Notes under the pieces: generated by a model | Databases searched by the model: none | What the model was told of the DNA's origin: nothing | Seen by the model: only the letters and a program-made list of their open reading frames with translations | From: an uncultured Parasutterella sp. | Lineage (GTDB): Bacteria; Pseudomonadota; Gammaproteobacteria; Burkholderiales; Burkholderiaceae_F | Length of the DNA: 64,000 nt | Reading direction: 5' to 3' (one strand) | Assembly: GCF_900766055.1 (NCBI RefSeq) | Contig: NZ_CAAFTZ010000002.1 | Made by a program: the position numbers and the translations under genes | Shown here: piece after piece, positions 1 through 9,770 of the stretch | How the letters are laid out: each line of letters opens with the position of its first letter | Numbering within the stretch: position 1 is the stretch's first letter

Positions 1-175
1 TCATTCCATGATCGCGCCGCTTCGCAAGACGGATCCGGGCCCCGCTTTCGACTGGCTTATGTATGAGAGTCTCTGCAAGACCGGTAAGCCGTTGTGTTTT
101 CCTTACGTTTAAACGTCTAATTGAGCGGTTCAGGCCAAAATTCTCCATAGTTGGCCGCCTCCTCATTTAGAATGA

Positions 176-742
176 TTGACGACAAAACAAATAAAACGAG
201 AGGATCAGAAAGTGTCCGCGATTTTTTTATTAACCCTTAGACTTCTCTGCACGGTTTTCGCGTGCCTGCTCTTATTAAGAGCTTATTTAAAGTTTTTGCG
301 TGCTCCCGGAAACGATCCGATCACTTCTTTTGCCTATACTACGACGCAGTGGGCTGTCGGTTCTGTTTCTAGATTTATTCCGAGAACACCGACCATTGAC
401 TGGCCTTCCATTTTTGTCTGCTATTTAGTCGCCGTTATCTATCAGTTTTTCCATTGGCTGATGGGCTCGGGCGCCGGCGGGTTCTTTCCGTTCTTCTTGG
501 GTTCTGCCGTCCTCGTCGTCTACTGGGCGATTGAGCTTGCAATGTTTGCCGCATTGCTTTTCTGCATTCTCTCTTGGGTGAACCAAACAAGTGCTTTGTA
601 CCGTACGCTGAGCTATCTTTGCTATCCTTTCCTGGCTCCGATTAAGAAATTTATCCCAGTTTGGAAGAATATTGATTTTTCTGCGATCGTCTTCTTCTTG
701 GTTGCCAATATTGTTTTAGCGCTGCTCGCTCCCTTGACCTAA
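176..742 (+). CDS. yggT: YggT-family integral membrane protein
   Basis: 188-aa ORF, about 4 TM segments, duplicated R/KxIP...IDxS motif (RFIPRTPTIDWPS and KKFIPVWKNIDFS) typical of the YGGT/Ycf19 family; true start may be downstream. Confidence 0.6.
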   Translation: MTTKQIKREDQKVSAIFLLTLRLLCTVFACLLLLRAYLKFLRAPGNDPITSFAYTTTQWAVGSVSRFIPRTPTIDWPSIFVCYLVAVIYQFFHWLMGSGAGGFFPFFLGSAVLVVYWAIELAMFAALLFCILSWVNQTSALYRTLSYLCYPFLAPIKKFIPVWKNIDFSAIVFFLVANIVLALLAPLT

Positions 743-1131
743 TTTCTGTTGATGACTGTTCTGTCCGCTGTTTGATGTTCTATGGAGACAGTCATCGACA
801 AAAGCTAAATTCCCGTTCAGATTACAGAAGGCTCTGAGCGGGAATTTTGTTTTGGCTGGAGTCGGAGAAGGACGCTCTTCCAATTTTCCCTCTATAACAG
901 AGTTGTTTTTCGAGACATTTGTATGTTGTCCAGTGACAGCAAAGAGCTTCAAGCCATCTCTCTAAAAATCATCTCCAGTGGCTCGATGATGGGCCGAAAG
1001 AGCTTTAAAGAGAAAACAACGGTTTGCAGTCGCGGGCTTTTTAATTGATGAGTTGGAGATGCTGAATCCGGAAATTCTCAGCCAGGAATAGTCTGGCAGA
1101 AGGCTCAGTGTTTCTAAGCAACCTAAACGAA

Positions 1132-1166
1132 ACGGCCTTCACTTTTTAGGCGAAGGCCGTAATTTT
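1132..1166. terminator. bidirectional rho-independent terminator between yggT and cstA
   Basis: perfect 9-bp stem ACGGCCTTC/GAAGGCCGT (1132-1140 and 1152-1160) with T-runs on both strands. Confidence 0.6.
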
Positions 1167-1186
1167 AGGAGTGAGTAACTACTGAC

Positions 1187-2851
1187 TTACTCTTGATTTT
1201 GAGCTTGAAGGTTACTCGGGATCTGACCTTTGTCGTTGCTGAAGACTCTGTAGGCTTCAATGAACAGAGCTGCAGACAGAACAGCCAGACCGGCGGAGAT
1301 GCCGACGATCAGCCAGTTCTTGCCGAGGTTGGCGTAGATCAGCTGACCAAGAGAGCAGAAGGTGACGGCAAACATGAAGTACATTGGGATCGTGACCATG
1401 AATGTCTTTCTGTTTTCTTTTCTGAGCCATGCGGCGATAGCGAGCAGAGACAGAGCGGCAAGCATCTGGTTTGCAGTACCGAAAATCGGCCAAATCGTGA
1501 GGTAAGAACCGATGGACATGTACCAGGCTAGAGCGATCGTGATCGCCGTTGCGACGTAACGGTTGCCGAGGAAAGCAGCGATGGGTTGTTCCTTACCGCC
1601 GTTGCGGCTTTCGACAGGACGTGTAACCAGTTCTTGGAAGATGAAGCGGCCGAGACGGGTTGCGGTGTCAAGAGTAGTGAGCGCAAAGGCAGAAATCGTC
1701 AGAGCAACGAACTCCTTAGACAGATTGAAATCAAGACCCAGCGCTGTCATGAAGGTTGCAGTGCCTTGAGAGAAGGCGTTGACCGGGCCGCCGGCTTTCA
1801 GGAGAGCCGGCAGTTTGTCAGCGGCAACGTAAGCGACGGAAATGATGGCGCAGATTGCCAGGAGGCCTTCAATCAGCATGGAGCCGTAGCCGATGAGCTT
1901 GGCGTTCTTTTCGTTATCAAGCTGCTTGGAGCTGGTACCGGAGCTAACCAGAGAATGGAAGCCGGAAATCGCACCGCAGGCAACGGTAACGAACAGAACC
2001 GGGAAGAGCCACTGACCGTGCCCGAGATCAAAGCCTACAAACGGAGAAATCTCCATGGTCGGCTGATAGAAGCAGATGCCGAGGAAGGCGGCAATGATCA
2101 TCAGATAAAGCAGGAAGGAGTTCAGGTAATCGCGAGGCTGCAGAAGAATCCAAACCGGTGCGATGGAGGCAACAAAGATGTAGCCCATCATGATCACGAG
2201 CCACATGTCTTTAGACAGGACGATCGGGAAGATATGACCGATGTAGAAAGCGGCAGCCATACCGATGAGGCCCAGAACTGTACCGAGGAAAAGAGACATG
2301 CCGGTACGGTAGACGAGTAGGCCGAAAGCGACAGCAAGCAGAATGAAGAGCAGGGAGGATGTGCCGGCGCTGGGGTTGGCCACGAAAGTAGCAGCAACGA
2401 TGTTGGCGAAGGCTGCAATCACAACCAGCAATGTAATCCAGGCAAAGATGGCGAAGAGAATCTTGGCTCTTTCACCGATGTTGGCTTCGATAATTTGGCC
2501 GATACTCTTGCCTTTATGGCGCAAAGAAGCCACCAAAGAACCGTAGTCATGCACGCCGCCGAAGAAAACGCTGCCGACGATAATCCACAGTGTGACGGGA
2601 ACCCATCCGAAAACAGCCGCGGTAATCGGGCCGACAATCGGGCCGGCGCCTGCAATTGAAGAGAAGTGGTGACCGAGAAGAACAGCCGGTTTTGTCGGAA
2701 GGTAGTCAATGCCGTCCTTCTGAGTTTCTGCCGGTGTTTTGCGTTTCGGGTCGATGCCCCATTGCTTGGCAAGCCAGGAGCCGTAAACGACATAGGCGAT
2801 CAGAAAGATGACCGCTGAGCCGATAAGTAAGGTAAAACCGTTCATTTCCAT
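1187..2851 (-). CDS. cstA: carbon starvation protein A family transporter (CstA-like)
   Basis: 554-aa polytopic ORF; N-terminus MEMNGFTLLIGSAVIFLIAYVVYGSWLAKQWGIDP...SIAGAGPIVGPITAAVFGWVPV matches the CstA family. Confidence 0.8.
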   Translation of the reverse strand: MEMNGFTLLIGSAVIFLIAYVVYGSWLAKQWGIDPKRKTPAETQKDGIDYLPTKPAVLLGHHFSSIAGAGPIVGPITAAVFGWVPVTLWIIVGSVFFGGVHDYGSLVASLRHKGKSIGQIIEANIGERAKILFAIFAWITLLVVIAAFANIVAATFVANPSAGTSSLLFILLAVAFGLLVYRTGMSLFLGTVLGLIGMAAAFYIGHIFPIVLSKDMWLVIMMGYIFVASIAPVWILLQPRDYLNSFLLYLMIIAAFLGICFYQPTMEISPFVGFDLGHGQWLFPVLFVTVACGAISGFHSLVSSGTSSKQLDNEKNAKLIGYGSMLIEGLLAICAIISVAYVAADKLPALLKAGGPVNAFSQGTATFMTALGLDFNLSKEFVALTISAFALTTLDTATRLGRFIFQELVTRPVESRNGGKEQPIAAFLGNRYVATAITIALAWYMSIGSYLTIWPIFGTANQMLAALSLLAIAAWLRKENRKTFMVTIPMYFMFAVTFCSLGQLIYANLGKNWLIVGISAGLAVLSAALFIEAYRVFSNDKGQIPSNLQAQNQE

Positions 2852-2884
2852 TCCTAGGTGTTTGAGATAAATTAAATAAAGCTA

Positions 2885-3394
2885 TTAGTCAGACTTCTTG
2901 GGGAATCCGAAGTTTCTAACAGTCCTTTTGCCGAACGAATTGGAATAAATCTTTTCGTTTTTAAGATCGACCAAAATGAAGGCTAGATCGGCCCAACCGC
3001 GAAGAGAGAACCAAAAGTCTTTATGAAACTTTTTGGCAGACGCCGTCTCAACAATCTTCGGGTCAATTTCCTCTTCGGAAATCAACGCCGCAGTGAAAAT
3101 TGAGGACATATGCTTTTCGTCCGTCGGTAGTTCCGAAATCAGTCTTTTGAACTGTTCGAAAACGGCTTCGATGTCTGTTTCCTTGATTTTGTCAGTACAG
3201 CCATAAAGCCCGACATACTCGTCATTGTTCACTGTGTATAACGAGATGCTTTTTGAGAGGAAGTACTTTTCTGAAGTTCGATTATGTACTGCCCAAAGCG
3301 CCGGCTGAGGATTGAGTCCTTGAGGCGGCTCTTTGAAATCGAAAGCTGCGGTGAGTCGATCCCTCATCAAAGTTAAATATTCAGATGTATTCAT
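2885..3394 (-). CDS. hypothetical cytosolic protein (169 aa), family not recognised
   Basis: clean ORF with normal codon usage, divergent from the psiF-like gene; no recognisable motif. Confidence 0.45.
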   Translation of the reverse strand: MNTSEYLTLMRDRLTAAFDFKEPPQGLNPQPALWAVHNRTSEKYFLSKSISLYTVNNDEYVGLYGCTDKIKETDIEAVFEQFKRLISELPTDEKHMSSIFTAALISEEEIDPKIVETASAKKFHKDFWFSLRGWADLAFILVDLKNEKIYSNSFGKRTVRNFGFPKKSD

Positions 3395-3668
3395 TGGTTA
3401 TCCGTAAAAATGCCTGCGGTTCGCCGAGAACACGCGCTGAACATGAGCTTATTTTAGAGAGAAAAAACCGCTGATTTTCGGAGAAGAGACAGAAAAAAAC
3501 GATAGTTAGAGGTAGGACTACTAGGCAAAGGAAGGAAATTACCCGTCTTGGCAAGAAGATGAACTCGGAAGTTTTCATGCTCAATCTTGGATTTTTGCCT
3601 AAAGCTTTTACTTCTAAAGAGTTATAAAAGAGATACCAACTTCTTTGCAACCTTTTAAGGGACTGATT

Positions 3669-3989
3669 ATGAAACGTTTGGTTTTGATTGCCTCTCTCCT
3701 GGGTTTTGCCGTATGTATGAATCCGGCCATCGCAAAAGACACTTCGGAACATCTCACCGCTCAGCAAAATAAGATGTCTTACTGCAGCAAAGAAGCTGCG
3801 GCTAAGGATCTTCACGGCGATAAGCGTAAGGAATTCATGAAGGAGTGCTTGTCCAAGAAAGTTGATGACGGAAAAAAGAAACTTACCAAACAGCAGGAAA
3901 AAATGGTCAAGTGCAGCAAGGAGGCTAAAGAGAAAGCACTGAAAGGCGAGCTTCGCAAGAAGTTTATGTCTGATTGTCTGAAGGATTAA
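3669..3989 (+). CDS. psiF: PsiF-like repeat periplasmic protein (phosphate-starvation-inducible PsiF family)
   Basis: signal peptide MKRLVLIASLLGFAVCMNPAIA, then two repeats K(M)xxCSKEA...LKGxxRKxFMxxCLK as in E. coli PsiF; SD AAGGGA before the ATG at 3669 (the ORF track starts at 3645). Confidence 0.7.
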   Translation: MKRLVLIASLLGFAVCMNPAIAKDTSEHLTAQQNKMSYCSKEAAAKDLHGDKRKEFMKECLSKKVDDGKKKLTKQQEKMVKCSKEAKEKALKGELRKKFMSDCLKD

Positions 3990-4081
3990 TCTCAGGATTC
4001 CGATGGGCCGTCCGTCTAAACACGGGCGGCTCGATTTCGGCTTGAGAAAGCGGAGTCGGTGCGAACCGATTTTGGCAAAAG

Positions 4082-4109
4082 AAAAGCGCATTCTTTACGA
4101 TGCGCTTTT
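4082..4109. terminator. bidirectional hairpin terminator (psiF, and the tRNA-Asn operon on the other strand)
   Basis: perfect 9-bp stem AAAAGCGCA/TGCGCTTTT with an A-run and a T-run flanking. Confidence 0.65.
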
Positions 4110-4117
4110 CAGAATTC

Positions 4118-4194
4118 TGGCTCCCCGAGTTGGACTTGAACCAACGACCTGCGGATTAACAGTCCGTCGCTCTACCGACTGAGCTATCGGGGAA
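4118..4194 (-). tRNA. tRNA-Asn (anticodon GTT)
   Basis: reverse complement folds as a cloverleaf; anticodon loop CTGTTAA; near-identical to E. coli tRNA-Asn; CCA encoded. Confidence 0.9.
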
Positions 4195-4254
4195 TCGTGA
4201 AATTGTCGTTTTCTCTGAGAAAACAAAACCGCTTTCGCGGCTCTAATTTTTGAT

Positions 4255-4331
4255 TGGCTCCCCGAGTTGGACTTGAACCAACGACCTGCGGATTAACAGT
4301 CCGTCGCTCTACCGACTGAGCTATCGGGGAA
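4255..4331 (-). tRNA. tRNA-Asn (anticodon GTT), second copy
   Basis: identical 77-nt sequence to the first copy, 60-nt spacer. Confidence 0.9.
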
Positions 4332-4456
4332 TCAACAAGACGAGACTATATACAAGTTTTTGAAGTCGTGCAAATCAAAAACTAAAAATTTTTTCATTCT
4401 TTTTCGTTTTTATATTCACTCTCTCATGAACTCCTTGATTCAAAAGGAAATTTAAA

Positions 4457-4489
4457 AATGTAAAAAGGCTCCGATTTTTTCGGAGCCTT
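4457..4489 (-). terminator. rho-independent terminator downstream of the aminotransferase gene
   Basis: 10-bp stem AAGGCTCCGA/TCGGAGCCTT with a U-run on the minus strand. Confidence 0.65.
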
Positions 4490-4513
4490 CTGTAGAAACG
4501 CGTAGTTGCGAGC

Positions 4514-5716
4514 TTAGAGCACTTCTTTAATGGCTTCTGCCGTGTATTTTACGTTGTCTTTGTTCAAAGAAGCAACACACATACGGCCGCTCTTAACGAT
4601 GTAGACGCCGAATTCGTCTTTCAGACGCTGAACCTGTTCGGGGTTCAGGCCAGAGAAGGAGAACATGCCCTTCTGCTGAGTGACAAAGTCAAAGTCTTTC
4701 TTGGCGCCGAGTGCTTTGAGCTCGGAAGCCAGATCCTTACGCATCTCTTTGATACGTTCGCGCATTTCGCCCAAATCTTCATGCCACTGCTTCATGAGTT
4801 CAGGATCATTGAGTACCTGAGCAACAATCTTGGCGCCGTGGGCGGGAGGATTGGAGTAGTTGGCACGAATCAAAGCTTTCAGTTTGCTCAGGACGCGGGA
4901 GGCTTCTTCCTGGTCTTTGCAGACGACGGTCAGTGCACCGATACGTTCGCCGTAAAGAGAGAAGGACTTGGAGAAAGAGCTGGAGACGAAGAAGGGAATG
5001 CCTGCATCAGCAAATTGACGGATGGAGCCGGCATCCTCTTCAAGACCGTCACCGAAGCCCTGGTAAGCAATATCGAGGAACGGAATCAGCTTGTTCTTAA
5101 CGCAGACGTCAACAACCTGGGCCCATTGTTCTTGAGTCAGGTCATAGCCTGTGGGATTGTGGCAGCAGGCATGCAGAATCACAACGGTGTTTTCTTTCAA
5201 ACCGCTGAGGCTCTTGAGCATGGCAGGGAAGTCGACGCCGTTGTTTTCTTTGTCATAGTACGGGTATTTGCCGACCTTGAATCCGGCCTGTTCAAAAATC
5301 GCAACGTGGTTCTGCCATGTCGGTGTGCTGACCACGGCTTCCGGATCTTTAAGAATGGCGGCGAGGAAGTCTGCGCCGACTTTAAGAGCTCCGGTTCCGC
5401 CGAGAGATTGAACGGTAACAGCACGCTTTTCTTTGATGATCGGAGAATCGGCACCGAAAATCAGCTTCTGAACGCCGGCGTTAAAAGCAGGGATACCGGA
5501 GATCGGAAGATAAGTATGAGGCTCGCCGGCTTCAAGAATTCTCTTTTCGGCTTCGGCAACGACGCGCAGCAGAGGCACTTTGCCGTCTTCGGTGCTGTAT
5601 ACGCCGATACTCAGGTTAACTTTCTTGTCGCGAGGATCGGATTTGAAAGCTTCGTTGAGGCCGAGAATGGGATCGTCGGGGGCTTGTCCGACTACATCAA
5701 AAATGGATTTGGACAT
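4514..5716 (-). CDS. aspC: aspartate/aromatic amino acid aminotransferase (AspC/TyrB family, PLP fold type I)
   Basis: 400 aa, collinear with E. coli AspC (ADPILGL, GIGVY, SFSKxFxLYGERIG, ANYSNPPAHGA motifs). Confidence 0.85.
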   Translation of the reverse strand: MSKSIFDVVGQAPDDPILGLNEAFKSDPRDKKVNLSIGVYSTEDGKVPLLRVVAEAEKRILEAGEPHTYLPISGIPAFNAGVQKLIFGADSPIIKEKRAVTVQSLGGTGALKVGADFLAAILKDPEAVVSTPTWQNHVAIFEQAGFKVGKYPYYDKENNGVDFPAMLKSLSGLKENTVVILHACCHNPTGYDLTQEQWAQVVDVCVKNKLIPFLDIAYQGFGDGLEEDAGSIRQFADAGIPFFVSSSFSKSFSLYGERIGALTVVCKDQEEASRVLSKLKALIRANYSNPPAHGAKIVAQVLNDPELMKQWHEDLGEMRERIKEMRKDLASELKALGAKKDFDFVTQQKGMFSFSGLNPEQVQRLKDEFGVYIVKSGRMCVASLNKDNVKYTAEAIKEVL

Positions 5717-5822
5717 GAGATTCTCTAGAGGTGTTAAAAAATGTCAATTACTTAGCCTAATTCAAAATTGGCGGCAAAATCGTTTTTCTAACGAAATATT
5801 TAAACTCCTGAATCTGTGAGAC

Positions 5823-5859
5823 CGCAAATAAAAAGGACCGCCGCACCGGGCAGTCCTTT
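5823..5859 (-). terminator. rho-independent terminator after potE
   Basis: stem AAAGGAC/GTCCTTT followed by TTTTTATTTG on the minus strand. Confidence 0.55.
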
Positions 5860-5878
5860 AACTGAGAGCAAATTGCTA

Positions 5879-7189
5879 TCAAGCTTCGTTGTTGGCGAAT
5901 CTAGGTGCAATCAGTCCCCAAAGCGTCCACCCGAGGAATGTGGCTAAAGAGCCGTAGAAAACTTCTGTGATTCCGGTAGAGAAGAGTGCGTAGAAGCTGT
6001 AGATGGCGCCGATGATTGCAATGACGTTGTAAAGTTTGGCCTTGGAGGGATCCACTTTTGCGACTTTCATGATGACGGCAACAGCAGCCATTGACAGCAG
6101 ATAAGGCATGATATTGGTGACTACGGCGAGGTCTACCAACCGGTTGAATTGTTTGAACAGTTCGGGGCTAATCGTCATGAAACAAAAGCCGGTTTGAATG
6201 GCCGTAATGATGATCATGCCAAGTACCGGAGCTTTCCATTTGTTGACTTTAGCAAAGCACTTCGGGAAGAAACCGTCGATTGCAGACTGCTGAAATACCT
6301 TAGCAATCGTGAACTGCCAACCCAGAGTAGAGCCTGCGCAGGAAAGAACAAGGAGGAAAGTGACGATCTTGCCGATGGTAGAGTTGAACATCATGGTAAA
6401 GGTCAGGCCGAAGGGAGCATTTGATTTAACCAACTCGGCATTCGGAACGATACCCGCGATGATATTGGTGGAGACAATATAGATAATAGCAACACCAATG
6501 GTAGCGGCCAGCACGGCAATAGGAACATTCTTCTCGGGATTGTCAACGGCATCACTGTTGGCACAGGCGCTCTCAAGTCCCAAGAAGGCCCATAGCGTCA
6601 TAGAGATTGAAGCCCCGACAGCGGAGAAGAAAGGTTCGTTGTGCGGATTCCAGGCTTCGACATACATCGTAGGACTGAACCAGAACCAGCCGATAACGGT
6701 TAAAAGCAACACGGGAAGGATGACGCACCAAACGGCTAAGGCACTAAATTTTCCGGTGAGCGAGGCCCCCATAAAGTTTGCGGACGTACAGATCCAAAGT
6801 ACGACGATCGTAGAAAGGCAAACTTGAACCGGGGTTAGTTCAATTTCCAAAAATTCGGCTCCATAGCCGACACAGGTAATCGCGATAGCGATGTTGGCAA
6901 AAAGAAGCGAAACACCATAAGTGTAGTTAGCCATGAAGTTGCCGGCTTTGCCGAAGGCATATTCAGAATAGCCGCCCATACCCGGACGTTTACTAAACAT
7001 GCCGCACTTGGCAAAGGCATAGGCTAAACACAAGGAGCCCACGGCAGTGATGAGCCAGGAAAGAATAGAAATTGTTCCAATTTCAGCCAGTTTGGTCGGC
7101 AGCATGACGATGCCGGAGCCCATCATATTAATAGCAGTGAGAAGAGTCAGCTGAGTGACTGACATCTTGGTACGGTTTTGCTGAGACAT
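5879..7189 (-). CDS. potE: putrescine-ornithine antiporter (APC family, PotE-like)
   Basis: 436 aa, near-collinear with E. coli PotE (MSxxxxxKMxVxQLTxLTxxNMMGSGIxMLPTKLAE...); lies directly downstream of the decarboxylase gene. Confidence 0.8.
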   Translation of the reverse strand: MSQQNRTKMSVTQLTLLTAINMMGSGIVMLPTKLAEIGTISILSWLITAVGSLCLAYAFAKCGMFSKRPGMGGYSEYAFGKAGNFMANYTYGVSLLFANIAIAITCVGYGAEFLEIELTPVQVCLSTIVVLWICTSANFMGASLTGKFSALAVWCVILPVLLLTVIGWFWFSPTMYVEAWNPHNEPFFSAVGASISMTLWAFLGLESACANSDAVDNPEKNVPIAVLAATIGVAIIYIVSTNIIAGIVPNAELVKSNAPFGLTFTMMFNSTIGKIVTFLLVLSCAGSTLGWQFTIAKVFQQSAIDGFFPKCFAKVNKWKAPVLGMIIITAIQTGFCFMTISPELFKQFNRLVDLAVVTNIMPYLLSMAAVAVIMKVAKVDPSKAKLYNVIAIIGAIYSFYALFSTGITEVFYGSLATFLGWTLWGLIAPRFANNEA

Positions 7190-7226
7190 AAAAATATCCT
7201 CAAGTATGTTCTGTGTAGAGAGGCAG

Positions 7227-7248
7227 CGCGGAAGCGCGAACTTCCGCG
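7227..7248 (-). other. GC-rich intercistronic stem-loop between speF and potE
   Basis: 8-bp stem CGCGGAAG/CTTCCGCG, no U tract. Confidence 0.4.
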
Positions 7249-7256
7249 CACGCGGC

Positions 7257-9452
7257 TTATTTACCTTTAGCAGTCAGACGTTCGACAGCATCTTCTTTTA
7301 GTACATAGCAGTAAACTTGTTTACCGCCCCTGCCGTTGTCTTCGACATAAACACCTTGAAGTTCGGGTGCAAATCCAGGCATCCGTCCCATGGCTTCCTG
7401 CCAAGCTAAGAAATACTTGAGCACGGGCCCGCCCCAAACTTCACCCGGGAAGCAGCACAAGACTCCCGGTGGGTAGGGCAGAGCGCCTTCAGCAGCAACT
7501 CTTCCTTCTGCATCTTCCAGACGGACGAGCTCGGCTTGGCCGCGCAGGAATGCAAAGTGGGCTTCTTGAGGATTAATGACGCTCTTGGGCATGAATTCGG
7601 TGCGGAACATTTCCTTTTGAATCTCTTTAATATTCCGCTCCTTGTAGAAGTCATGCATTTCTTGGCAGAGCTGACGGATGGAATAGTTGCGGTAGCGAGA
7701 TTCGTAAGCTTTGTAAAGATTGGGCAGCACCTCTTCTAAGGGAGCGTCATCATCGAGGTATTTTTCAAAGCGAGCGATCTGGCTAACCAGGTGATCCATT
7801 TTTTCTTTATTTTCTGCGGGAGTCATGAGGAAAAGAATGGAATTGAGGTCGTTCTTTTCGGGGATGATGCCGTTATCGCGCAAGTAATTAGCCAAAATCG
7901 TTGCCGGAACGCCAAAATCTTCGTATTCGCCGGTCTCAACATTGATGCCCGGAGTCGTCAGCATAAATTTGCAGGGATCTACAAAATATTGGTTCTCCCC
8001 ATACCCTTCGAAAGAATGCCATTTCTGACCCGGAACAAATTTGAAGAATTCCAGGTCTTGGGCAATCAAATCTGTTGGGTAAGATTTCCAATCGGAGCCG
8101 CGAACTTTAGAAGGAATAAACGGTTTGATGTAGTGACAGGTTTCAAGCAGTAATTTGCGAGCATCAATAACTGTCTTAACGCAGTCAGCCCAAAGTCTCC
8201 TGCCGGCTTCTCCTTCTTGGATTTTTGCGTTGACGTCCAAGGATGCAAACAGCGGGTAGAACGGACTGGTTGATGCATGCATCATGAAGGCGTTATTCAA
8301 CACTTTGTGAGGAATATAACGGTCTTGTCCCTTAATGTGAGAGTCTTTTTTGTGAATTTGTGAAGTCTGAGAAAAACCTGCTTGCTGCTTATGAACGGAC
8401 TGAGTGACGAAGATGCCGGGGTCTTCCGGTCCTAACTCGAGAAGAAGCGGGGAACAGTCACGCATCATTGGAATGAATTGTTCGTAGCCTACCCATGCGG
8501 AGTCGAAGAGGATGTAATCACAAAGGTGACCGATTTTGTCCACAACTTGTCGAGCGTTATAAATCGTGCCGTCATAAGTGCCGAGTTGGATGACTGCAAG
8601 ACGGAAGGGACGCTTGGCATCCGCTTTTTCAGGACATTTTTCTCTAACTAGGCTGCGGAGATACTCTTCGTCAAAACATTTTTCGTCAATGCCGCCGATA
8701 AATCCGAAGGGGTTGCGGGCAGTTTCAAGATAAATCGGAGTAGCGCCGGCTTGCAACAGAGCTCCGTGGTTAATTGACTTGTGGTTATTTCGATCATACA
8801 AAACCAAGTCACCGGGAGTTAAAGCCGCATTTAATACAACTTTGTTAGAGGCGGAGGTTCCGTTCAAAACGAAATAAGTCTTATCGGCATTGAATACCTT
8901 AGCGGCAGCTTTTTGAGCGGTTAGCGGTGCACCTTCATGAATTAAAAGGTCGCCCATCGCAACGTCAGCATTGCAAAGGTCAGAGCGGAAAAGCTCTTCA
9001 CCGAAAAAGTCATAGAATGCGCGGCCGGCCGGATGGCGGCGGAAGTATGCGCCTCCCTGATGTCCCGGGCAGTCAAACTGGGACTTTCCTTTGTATACGT
9101 ATTGGGCGAGGGCACCGAAGAAAGGAGGAAGGAGCTTGTCTTCGTAGCGTTTGGCAGCTTCATCGATTTGACGGCCGAAAAGACGTCTGTCTGTGAGGTC
9201 ATCGTTGATCACACCGACCACGTGACCGACGAGTTCTTCAGGAGTGGTGTCTTCATCGCGGAGATAAAGAAAAACGGGGATTTCCAAGGCGGTGGCATTA
9301 ACCTTGTTTAATCCGCCTTTCCGATAGTCTTCAATGTCGATAACAACAGCGGAGACTTCAGTAAAGTCAGCATTTGAGAGGCAAACGACTTCACGTTCAA
9401 CCTGAAGTTTATCTTTTAGTAGTGCAGAAGCTGCGACTTTAAGTTTTTGCAT
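7257..9452 (-). CDS. speF: ornithine decarboxylase, inducible type (SpeF/SpeC family)
   Basis: 731 aa, strongly collinear with E. coli ornithine decarboxylase (FxCPGHQxGAxF, KVFxADKTYFVLNGTSAxNKVV, EGALPYPPGVLC); operon order decarboxylase then antiporter as in speF-potE; SD GGAGGA. Confidence 0.85.
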   Translation of the reverse strand: MQKLKVAASALLKDKLQVEREVVCLSNADFTEVSAVVIDIEDYRKGGLNKVNATALEIPVFLYLRDEDTTPEELVGHVVGVINDDLTDRRLFGRQIDEAAKRYEDKLLPPFFGALAQYVYKGKSQFDCPGHQGGAYFRRHPAGRAFYDFFGEELFRSDLCNADVAMGDLLIHEGAPLTAQKAAAKVFNADKTYFVLNGTSASNKVVLNAALTPGDLVLYDRNNHKSINHGALLQAGATPIYLETARNPFGFIGGIDEKCFDEEYLRSLVREKCPEKADAKRPFRLAVIQLGTYDGTIYNARQVVDKIGHLCDYILFDSAWVGYEQFIPMMRDCSPLLLELGPEDPGIFVTQSVHKQQAGFSQTSQIHKKDSHIKGQDRYIPHKVLNNAFMMHASTSPFYPLFASLDVNAKIQEGEAGRRLWADCVKTVIDARKLLLETCHYIKPFIPSKVRGSDWKSYPTDLIAQDLEFFKFVPGQKWHSFEGYGENQYFVDPCKFMLTTPGINVETGEYEDFGVPATILANYLRDNGIIPEKNDLNSILFLMTPAENKEKMDHLVSQIARFEKYLDDDAPLEEVLPNLYKAYESRYRNYSIRQLCQEMHDFYKERNIKEIQKEMFRTEFMPKSVINPQEAHFAFLRGQAELVRLEDAEGRVAAEGALPYPPGVLCCFPGEVWGGPVLKYFLAWQEAMGRMPGFAPELQGVYVEDNGRGGKQVYCYVLKEDAVERLTAKGK

Positions 9453-9644
9453 AATAATAGTCCTCCGGATTTATTTAATAAGGTGAATAAATCCGCAACA
9501 TAATTAAATGAATTGTGGGTTGGCTTTTCTCGGCAATAAAACCCCCTGAACAAGCGCTAAAAAGGCTTGAGCACTGAGAGACTTCGCGGAAGAAATTTAG
9601 AGAAAAGCAATTCGAGCCGAACCGATAAAGAATCGGCCGGAGGA

Positions 9645-9770
9645 CTAGATGTCGGATTCGGAGAGGAACTTATTGAAGGAGAAGCAATCACGCATCGTAA
9701 ACCGCGTGAGGTGTAACGTGCGGCGCATGCCTATATTGAATAGGCACTTGCCAATGTTAAATATACACAT
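9645..9770 (-). CDS. speFL: putative SpeFL-like leader/arrest peptide upstream of speF (core MRRTLHLTRFTMRDCFSFNKFLSESDI; start codon ambiguous: 9728, 9770 or 9791)
   Basis: small same-strand ORF 193 nt upstream of speF; core aligns without gaps to E. coli SpeFL (HIRRTTHIMKFAHRNSFDFHFF, recalled from memory). Confidence 0.4.
   Translation of the reverse strand: MCIFNIGKCLFNIGMRRTLHLTRFTMRDCFSFNKFLSESDI

Noticed and set aside
1-63. ORF fragment ending at TGA 61-63 (…SFHDRAASQDGSGPRFRLAYV*)
   Set aside because: Too short and without a recognisable motif to call. Could be the 3' end of the gene preceding yggT (yggS/proC-like) but is unsupported.
1586-2320. 244-aa plus-strand ORF inside cstA
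   Set aside because: Antisense to a well-supported CstA-family gene. The translation is Gly/Ala/Arg/Glu-rich, typical of the GC-rich opposite frame.
3381-4091. 236-aa ORF on the minus strand
   Set aside because: It is the antisense shadow of the psiF-like gene, with low-complexity Leu/Phe-rich translation. The signal peptide and PsiF repeats on the plus strand make the plus-strand gene the real one.
4781-5728. 315-aa plus-strand ORF
   Set aside because: Antisense to the aminotransferase gene. No motifs; typical spurious opposite-strand frame.
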